Positions 54,758-64,000 of a DNA stretch of 64,000 bases are shown one piece after another; the first letter of the stretch is position 1, and every line of letters begins with the position of its first letter. A model generated the notes under the pieces. It had not been told where the DNA came from, did no database searches, and saw only the letters and a program-made list of their open reading frames with translations. This DNA is from Octopus bimaculoides. Lineage: Eukaryota. The DNA lies in the NCBI RefSeq assembly GCF_001194135.2, contig NC_068982.1, positions 152,617,670 to 152,681,669 of the forward strand. The letters run 5' to 3'. The position numbers were made by a program, and so were the translations under genes.

Positions 54758-56799
54758 NNNNNNNNNNNNNNNNNNNNNNNNNNNNNNNNNNNNNNNNNNN
54801 NNNNNNNNNNNNATATATACAAATACATACATACATACACACACACACACATATTTCATAATAACTGGACTATGCTCCGCATGACTTAAAGTTTCGACAG
54901 TGCGTACGATACATCCCTCTCATCAAATGGATGACCTAACTTCTGATAAAAGGACCGACCCTACTCACCCACAAAATTTTAAGTCAGTAGTAACTGTGTC
55001 GAAATTGTTATTAAAATCATACGTAACTCACCAAATGTGCTGAGTGTTAATCTCTCACACCACTTTGTGTATATGTATGCGCTTGAATATTTGTTAAAAA
55101 TGGAAACAAGTATTACTTTAATGCCATTTTGTAGTAAATATACAACCCTCATTATAAATACGTATTCATTTTCACTAATTATTCCTGCATTAACTTTTTA
55201 GCAATTATTTCCATTTATATATGACTATGAAATTACATTGGTTAATAGTTTTATCATGATTTCCTGAAAGCTTTTTGAACAATGATATCCTAATCACAAA
55301 TTCATGTAAATATTGTTTCTGGTTTCATTTCAACCATGAAATTGTTCAAAACGTTATGTAATTCCTCGAGTTAAAGCTGGGGTGGACGATAGCCATTTCA
55401 CTCAGTATTATATCACAGCTGACTTCATCGTGTATAAATGAGTATTATATTGGAAGTACCACACAAAGAAAATATTAAAGGCCTTAGATAACATTTCTCC
55501 TGCTTGTATGTTTTTCCCTTCACAGTATGTATATTTAAACTTCAATATTTTAAATAACTTTAATATTTTCCACAAACTATACTATTTCAGCTTATGTCCG
55601 TTGAGAATCTTAACTTTTCAAACTTATTTTGTTCTTAAGTTGCTGCTTAGTCAAAGACAGAAACATGAATTTCATAGGTTTGTACATATAATATTGAAGT
55701 CTCGAATGAATTGTGTAATCTTTGTTTCTTGCTAACTTTGTACGCACACAATGCTGAGGTTGTATGTATTTGTGAATGTGCGTTTTGTGTGAATGTGTGC
55801 TGCGTGTACATGCATATATTTCTCTGTGATTGTTGACGACCGTATTTTCCCGAGTAAGTGTGCTTTATTGCGTTTTCTCGGCTTTCAAGCAAATTGTAGT
55901 TATAAAATAAAAGAATTACTCACCAGAAATACCTTCATAACGCCACCATGCTGACCAGGCCGATGACGGGGAGCCATCTGAAGGGAAGATAAAAAGATAC
56001 ATAAATGCATGTGCATACGTACATACATACATATATTATTAATATTTAGCAGAAGCAACAGAGTGGCTCAAAGGCCGAGAGTTTCATACATCAGCACTAA
56101 CTAAACTACTTAGGGACCGAGGTGATGCAAATGTATACATCGGTGATAATAGTATTTCCTTGGATAGTTCTGAAACAGATCATAAAAATTACGATGTCAC
56201 GTGTATAGTTTATATTTTCCAAATAGTTTGTCCGTTATGCTGTTCGATAAGTAAATGCATAAACAAACAAGGAAAATGTGTGCGTACTCACATAAATGAG
56301 AGTGCCGGTGTATATAAATACAGAATATATATAGGCAACCATATATGCATATATATTTTCACGCTCGTAAATGCATGATCATGGATTCACATACAGTACG
56401 ACAGAAGTAAAATGTATTCATTTACCAAATTTTTAGCTGTTTTTTGCGTTGCTTACGACATTCTGTGTGTCACATCCCCACAAGGTTGGATAGTCTGCAT
56501 TTAGGGATTATAAAGCATTAATTCGAACCAGCCGTGGGGCACACGATATGGACAGTCGACATGCAAGAAATAACAACTTAATTGTTTCCAAAACACACCC
56601 TACCGTCTTGACAATTGAAATGACACAAAAAATAATATAGAAGTTTTAGAGCTTCATAAAGGACGGAATTATGTTGGTTGGAAAGTTTTTGATCATAGAA
56701 CTACTCGATCAGAGTCAACATTGGGTAATAAAGAGGAAACAAAATACTCAGTAGCTTCTGATTAATATCAAACCAGTGATACCCTGTATACGGAAAGAA

Positions 56800-57240
56800 A
56801 CTGCTTCTTAAGAGCGGATGCCTGCATTTTTATGACTATGTTTAGCAGATACATAATATTTGGCTGTTATGGTCTGATGATGAAATTTAATATATAAAAT
56901 ATGAATATTTTCCTTTTATGGATTATTTGAGGAGGTAAGCCCCACTCAAAGTTAATGCTAGTGCTCCGAAAATAGGAGTGGAACTGGGATAAATGCATCA
57001 TAATACATGGAATCACTTACAATTCTTGAAACCATTGATCTGGCTAAATAGCTTGCAATGCAACACATTGGATTCTGTTAAAGCCATCTAAAGGCCAGGT
57101 GGCGGCGTGAAGCCGGGAGCTGAATTAATAAATAACTAAAGAAAAAGCTCTTATGTATAGTGATGAAGAGCATTGCATTAGAACTGCCATTTTGTATATA
57201 ATCGAAGTTAAGGGATACTATGGGTATAATTTTAAGCTAA
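56800..57240 (+). repeat. Unclassified ~450-bp interspersed repeat, copy 1
   Basis: Colinear blocks shared with 58760-59210: TAGCGGA.G..TGCA, GGTAAG.CCCACT, TAGGAGTGGAA, ATAATACATGGAAT, TTCTTGAAACCATT.ATCTG, AGAGCATTGC, ATCGAAGTTAA.G.ATACTA. Confidence 0.8.
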
Positions 57241-57702
57241 ATTAAGTATATTTGTGAATATATATCGATATCGGCATACAGTGAAAAGGAAGGATAGTAG
57301 GTACAATATATTTCAGCATATTACATTTGAAGAATTATAAAATATTTTACACTTGTTCAAACATACGTCATTACTGATTCATTAAATGAAGAACAATCGA
57401 AACTGATATGGAACAATCTCTATAAGAATAATATCATTTTCAACATAGTATCACATTTCTGTGTCAGGATTCAAATAGGTACCAGTAAGATAAGTGGAAT
57501 TGCTTAATAGAACTACCATAAAATGATGTTTCTTTTCTAAGATAACATTATCTTTGCGTGTATTCAGCGAATGCATATCCCATATAAATGTTGGTGTATA
57601 TATGGGATATGTTCTTACATGTATGTATGTATGTATATATGTATGTATGAGAAACTTGCTAATGCAGTTCAACATACATGAATGTGTATCGATTAATATT
57701 CT

Positions 57703-57914
57703 TCTCTAATCTCGGCACAAGGCCCTGAATTTTGAGGGAGGGGGCCAGTCGTTTAGATAACCCCAGGATGCAACTGGCACTTAATTCATAGACTCCGAAA
57801 GGATGAAAGGCAAAGTCGACCTCGTCGGAATTTGAACTCAGAACATAAAGACAGACGAAATACCGCTAAGCATTTCGGCCGGTGTGCTAACGTTTCTGCC
57901 AGCTCGCCGCCTTC
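57703..57914 (-). mobile_element. Family-B SINE (short-tail variant) with 17-bp TSD
   Basis: TSD GTATCGATTAATATTCT at 57686-57702 and 57915-57931. Confidence 0.93.
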
Positions 57915-57994
57915 GTATCGATTAATATTCTAATTAACGTACACATACACGCATCATTATTATCAAGATAATTTTCTTCCATAACCTTAAATAT

Positions 57995-58369
57995 CTATTT
58001 CTTTATTGCCCATAGAGAGAACAAACAAGGACAGACAAAGGGATTAAGTCGATTACATCGACCCCAGTGTGTAACTGGTACTTATTTAATCGACCCAGAA
58101 AGAATGAAAGGCATAGTCAACCTCGGCGGAATTTGAACTCAGAACGTAAAGACAGACCAAATACTGCTAAGCATTTAGCACCACGTGCTAACGTTTCTTA
58201 TTTCTTTACTGCCCACAAAGGGCTACACACAGAGGGGACAAAGAAGGACAGACAACCGGATTAAGTCGATTATATTGACTCCAGTGCGTAACTGGTACAT
58301 ATATCGACCCCAGTGCGTAACTGGTACTTATTTAATCGACCCCGAAGTTTCTGCCAGTTCGCCACCTTA
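57995..58369 (-). mobile_element. Family-B SINE carrying a 5'-truncated family-B SINE in its head
   Basis: Outer TSD ATAACCTTAAATAT at 57981-57994 and 58370-58383. The inner copy is bounded by GTTTCT (AGAAAC on -) at ~58193 and ~58347. Confidence 0.9.
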
Positions 58370-58697
58370 ATAACCTTAAATATTTCTAATTAAATTGGCA
58401 AATATATTGCTATCGTCAAATTTAAGATATGAAGATACTGGATTAACTGATTAGCATTAAACATGTAAATCTGCTTGCTTACATAATAACATAATTATAA
58501 GAACACGCACATACACTCACATATCCTGATAAGCCCAGTTCGGCTGGAAGGGCAAGGAAGGGCAACAAGGATGGGCAACAAAGCAGTGCAAATTGCGATC
58601 GGACTGCATGGTATTTGTTGGCATGTTGAATATTATTATAGCTTCTAGGCAATTCCAGTTCCGTTAATAAAATTTGCGTTTGATATGTGTGTGTGTA

Positions 58698-58745
<48 letters not shown>

Positions 58746-58759
58746 CCTATATAAAGGGG

Positions 58760-59210
58760 CTGTTTACTTAATAGCGGACGTTTGCATTCTGTTTTTACGA
58801 CTATCTTTAGCAAGTACATAAAACATTGCTGTTATGTTCAGATTATGACAAGTCTATGAAAAATGCATAATATGAATCTTCTCTTTTTATGGATCATTCG
58901 AAGAGGAAAAGGTAAGTCCCACTTCACCTTATTGCTGGAGTTTTCAAAGTAGGAGTGGAAAAGGGAAGAATACGCGATAATACATGGAATAAAGCACACT
59001 TCTTGAAACCATTAATCTGCTTAATTTTTTTGCATTATACACAGTGGAACACTACTAAAGGCAGCCCAAAACCGTGCTGAGGTGTGGAGCTGGTCAAGGA
59101 TTAATGCATGGCTAAAGAAAGAGCATTGCGGTAAAACACCATTTAATAAACTCACTGCAATTTACTATATGATCGAAGTTAAAGAATACTACGAGTATCA
59201 GTTTAAACCA
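58760..59210 (+). repeat. Unclassified ~450-bp interspersed repeat, copy 2
   Basis: Diverged direct copy of 56800-57240. Confidence 0.8.
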
Positions 59211-59869
59211 TTTATGCAGTTATAGTACGGGCGCATGCGCACGCACATACACACAAAGGTTGAATGTACATTCCCACTCTTACTGTGATCAATAATAGTG
59301 TATTGATATGATGAGAGTAGGACTATTCAGTTCCAGGGGAATGACATTTCCACAGTCTGTACTTGACTGACTTTGTACCTTCTGCCAGTGCGATCAAAGC
59401 GATAATATGATTAATGATGGTATTTGAATGTCAAGACCTCAAATAACTACAAATAATACCATTGGGCAGTCCAGTCTAATCATCTAAAAAACATAAGCTA
59501 TAAATGAAAAAGAAGGTCAAACTGATGATTCTAGCTTTTAAAAAAGAGAACATGTATATTGCACTATATGTTCTTTGTTATAAATCTTATACGTATTGGT
59601 GGAAGTAGAGAATTGAAGGAGAATCATGCCTCTCACATTATAGAAATATTTCTCATGGTACTAGCCAACAAAATGGAAAATGCGTTGCCCTAGAGGATAG
59701 CGAGTGAGATATACTCCAATCCACAAATCTGAAATTGTATTTTTTTTTTTAAAATCAAACTTGAAACGAAGAAGTTGAATCTGGCGAGATCGAACTCAGA
59801 GCGCGGTTAGCCAGACCAAGTACTGAAAGGTAAGTTGCTCCATCTCATGTTTTAACGCCTCTGCTAATT

Positions 59870-60090
59870 TCAACACACACACACATGCACAGACACGAGC
59901 GCGCACAGATTCTCATGGACATACATACATACATGCATACATACATACATACATACATACATACATTCATACATACATACATACATACATGCATACATAC
60001 ATACATACATACACACACAAACGCAAACACATGCACAAGTACACACACACATACATACGTACACACACATAGACGCACACATGCACACGC
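59870..60090. repeat. (CATA)n/(CA)n microsatellite
   Basis: Seen directly. Confidence 0.95.
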
Positions 60091-60531
60091 TCTCTCACTT
60101 ACAGATGTACACAGACGTAGATATAAGTATTGCTACCCAAGTTATGTATTAAGGTGAGAGTGCAGTATTAAACATACAAAGCAGATTATCACGTTTGTGA
60201 TGAAAACGAATTTCCGGGGAGAAAGGAAGGCATACGTGTAGGTATATAGAATAAATACTAACACAAAGAAAGTGATGATATAAAAATTTACGCAACGTGT
60301 TTGATCATGTCAGAATTCCATAAAAAATATTAATCTCCATATAAATAGTAACATGGTTCGTAGAACTGTGAAAGAGGAAGGATTTTGATTCATACTTTGA
60401 AAAAAAAAACAGGCACATACAGAAATACACACACACATGCACCCCTACATATACACACACACAAACACACATTTATATATATATATATATAAGGTGTGTC
60501 CAAAATGCATATATAAAGATATATACATATA

Positions 60532-60571
<40 letters not shown>

Positions 60572-60816
60572 NNNNNNNNNNNNNNNNNNNNNNNNNNNNN
60601 NNNNNNNNNNNNNNNNNNNNNNNNNNNNNNNNNNNNNNNNNNNNNNNNNNNNNNNNNNNNNNNNNNNNNNNNNNNNNNNNNNNNNNNNNNNNNNNNNNNN
60701 NNNNNNNNNNNNNNNNNNNNNNNNNNNNNNNNNNNNNNNNNNNNNNNNNNNNNNNNNNNNNNNNNNNNNNNNNNNNNNNNNNNNNNNNNNNNNNNNNNNN
60801 NNNNNNNNNNNNNNNN

Positions 60817-60865
<49 letters not shown>

Positions 60866-61309
60866 CGATAGACAAAGAAAGAGAGTTAGAGAGGGGGAGA
60901 TGGGGAGTGACTGAGAAAGAAAGTAAGATGAGAGAGCGAGAAAGAATGAGAAAGACATGCAAATCTTGTTCTTGCTTTCTGTTTATATGCATCAGTTTCC
61001 CTGTGTATTTAGCCAAACCCATCCATCCACAGAGAAACACACACACAGGCATACATACATACATACATACATACATACACCAGTATATACTTATATGTGC
61101 ATGTGTGTATTTAAGTATGTATATATGTATTTTCTGTATGTGATACTTTATGTTGACATCGTGGTGTCCTTGTAGTGATGTCTGGCCAGTTTAACAACCT
61201 CAAGCAATAACAGATCTGCTATAATCTCGAACAAAAGTTTACCTCTATAAAATTTACCTTGCATATTTTTTCTACCTTATTTTTATTTATTTATTTTTAC
61301 GTAAACGCT

Positions 61310-61790
61310 GGAATCTCAAGCTTCCTCAGACTACGAACTACAGATGGCGGTCATATTATTGCGTCGTTTGATTTGTTACATAAGCCTGCAATAATGTGAT
61401 ATCTCTACTTCTGTCATTTCCAAACGTGGCAGTTTATTTAAGGTTTCGTGTAGATGTTATCAAACGCGATTATCTAATCATGACTGCGCCCTTCTTTGAA
61501 TTGCTGCGGGTGCCAGGAAATGGAGATAATGAAGTCATGGTCGAGCGGGACCATACGGCTGTATGTTTTTGTCTCCACAGATCGCATGACAGAAGACATT
61601 ACAGCTACAATTTTAGTGCAAAGGACTACTCGATCAACTTCCACCTTGTTCATGTTTGTTTGTTTGTACGTAGCCATCCATACTCGGCGATGAAAATCCA
61701 ATTCTTCAATCAATTAATCTGCTCCCGAATTAATGCATCCATACAGTTCTGCTATGTTTGTAGTCTCTCGAAGTCCAAGAAATGCGGTTC
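61310..61790 (-). pseudogene. Possible Helitron PIF1-type helicase remnant
   Basis: Minus strand with frameshifts: RVVLCTKIVAV (RAILxPxNxxV), KTYS, SWHPQQFKEG/GAVM (GxPPHxLxLKxGAxIML), TRNL...GNDRSRDI (LRNL..CNGTRLxV), EIPAF (IPRI). Confidence 0.4.
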
Positions 61791-61939
61791 TGTAATATCT
61801 TGTTGAATAACCTGCACAAATGGTTTACTTATAATGATCAAATGTATGTGCTGTACATAATCTCACCTCTCCATCAAGTCGACATTGCCTGAGCAGGCGC
61901 ATGATGTACTACGCGTCAAGTGCTGAAGGATAGCAGAGC

Positions 61940-62300
61940 AACTTCAGCTGAAGTGCTTTGTTCAAGAACACAACGCAACACTCAATCGCACCACTCCACA
62001 GGAACTAAAATCATGATCTCGCGATCGTGAGTGCAACACCCTAACCACTAAGTCATGTACCCTCATACATAGACACGTACTCTTGACGTAATTCTCTTGA
62101 AGGTTCAGCATGACATAGAGTGTGACAAGCCTGTACCTACAGGAAATATAAGAACAAACCACTCGACAGTCTATCAGATTCCATTAACAAAGCGTGAGTT
62201 GGACCGCAGCAATAGAAAATGATATTTACTCGAAGCCAGACTGGAGGATTGAGACCAGAACGTCCTGGCAGCAGACCGAACTTCTTAACCATGCACGCAT
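61940..62300 (-). mobile_element. Decayed SINE remnants (family D/A-like, then family C-like)
   Basis: GTTCAAGAACACAACGC..CACCCTAACCACTAAGTCATG; GACATAGAGTGTGACAAG; CTATCAGATTCCATTAACAAAG..GAACTTCTTAACCA. Confidence 0.55.
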
Positions 62301-63854
62301 GCGCACACAAACAGATACAAATGTACTGTAATATATAGATTCCTAGAATCGTTTAGCATTCACAGAAAGCTCCTCTAGTGAACTCAGCTAGATTAAAAAG
62401 TATTTTTTAAATATTTTCAATAACTACCTTAATTTCCCGCTCCCACTTATCCCTTCCCGTTTTTTGTTAACATTAAAGACGTTTCATTCTCTGAACTTGA
62501 TCAGCACCTGAATTGCTATGAAACAACATATATTTTTACAGAGCATACCAAGCAAATTTTATTTAAGCTCGGTGTTCCATACATTGTATATGTAAAAAGA
62601 AAATTTTGTATGTATACATAGAGTTGAAGCATTAGTGTAACCATAGTGTTCTGGTTATCTGATGAACTAACTCTTTCCTTTATCTGCATTGAATAGTAAA
62701 TACACACTTTTGCGTAGCAGGCATACTAATGCAGACATGCAAATATATATATATATATATATAAATGTATGTGTATGTCTATATGTGTGATATGTGTGAT
62801 AAGTGAGCATGTAAGGTATACATGTCTATTTGATGTTGACCACATGTTTTGCGTGAAATAGCAATTCGGTGTTACTCCCATCTCCTAAACCCTTTAATTT
62901 TCTTTCAACATTTCACTGCGTAATGGAGAATATTTTGCCTCAGATTTCTAACAATTAAGACAAGACCGACACAGGCACATGTGGGAGTGTATAGAAACAT
63001 ATATCTGCCAACCTACCAACCTACCTATTTAGATACAGACGTACAGAACCAAATCAATGTTGATTTGCTTCTATAGAGAAACAATGACAGCAAAAACAAT
63101 GTAACAGCAGTAAAAATAAAACAGTAACAGCAGAAAAAGACAGAAAACAAAACAAAGCAAAAAAAAAAAGAAAGACAAAAAAAAAACAGAAATACCACAA
63201 CCTTAGCACGAACTACGACCAGAACAAGAAAAATAGCAACAACAGCAATGGCATCAACTCTACACCGATTTGTACAACTAAATCGATATTAGAGGGATAC
63301 AGGTTTCTTAAGTTTTTATTATTCTGAAGTAAGAAAGATATAGAACAATGTTATATATCATATTAATATCATAAGATAAATAGCAATATATTATAAGATA
63401 GATAGAAATGTGGATGGAATATAAGCTGTAGAAACGGAGAATACATCTCTGTGATGAGTAAGCCGGAGAAACATAGAATATGGCTTCATGAAATGTAATC
63501 TGCAGAACATAATCATAGATGGATGGAAATCATTAAATTATATACTACAGAAAATAAGATAGAGACCACTGAAATGTATGCTGTATATAGATAGAAAATG
63601 ATCGTGAATTGCAACAGAAAAGCAGGGTAGGAATACTGAATTGTAAGCTGTTGAAGGACAGGTAGGAATTAGTGAATTGTGAAATATAGAAAGATAGGTA
63701 GTTATCACTGTATTAAAAACTGTGGAAAGAAAAGAGAAATATTTTAGTCATTTAGGCGGTGAAGGAAAATAAGAGATAATTTGCAAGAATTGATTAAAAG
63801 GACAGCTTGAGATAGTTGCTGCACGTAAGTTTTTGTTCTTGTATTTCGTATAAG

Positions 63855-64000
63855 CTAATCAGGGATGGAGGAGGCAGAGCCATGATCTTTCTGAGCGTTC
63901 TCGGCCTGTAGAAATCGATGTGACTCATGCCAAGCCTGAACATCTTCAGATCAATATTGCAGAAAAACAAAACGTTGCTCCGATTACGTACAACAAAATG
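63855..64000 (+). CDS. Candidate internal coding exon of an unidentified host gene, truncated by the window end
   Basis: T-rich tract then AG acceptor at 63853-63854 or 63861-63862, with an in-frame TAA (63851-63853) just upstream. 46 open codons GWRRQSHDLSERSRPVEIDVTHAKPEHLQINIAEKQNVAPITYNKM; the other two forward frames stop early. GC is visibly higher than in the flanks. No family recognised. Confidence 0.45.

Overview
AT-rich eukaryotic, almost entirely non-coding DNA from a gapped short-read assembly (N-runs almost always sit next to microsatellites). The SINE families and microsatellite load point to a coleoid cephalopod, most likely Octopus; this is recognition from memory, not a database hit. 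The window is a transposon graveyard. It holds two full-length but inactivated mariner elements with TIRs and TA TSDs (491-1689; 29074-30378, Hsmar1/cecropia-like), a third mariner fragment, an internally deleted Tigger/pogo, and decayed hAT, Helitron-helicase, R4/Dong and RTE/L1-type remnants. It also holds many tRNA-derived SINEs of at least four families, several with intact TSDs. No intact multi-exon host gene is visible; the only plausible host exon starts at ~63855-63863 and runs off the window end. Most ORFs in the supplied track are microsatellite translations. There is no CRISPR, rRNA or true tRNA. I found no clearly novel biological system. The most unusual structures are a 252-bp nested palindrome with perfect 56-bp arms (36023-36274), repeated insertion of one SINE family at AGAAAC/AGAAT sites matching its own tail (producing SINE-in-SINE dimers), a tail-to-tail inverted SINE pair, and a near-identical 175-bp direct repeat 5.3 kb apart. 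All family assignments rest on motifs compared by eye.
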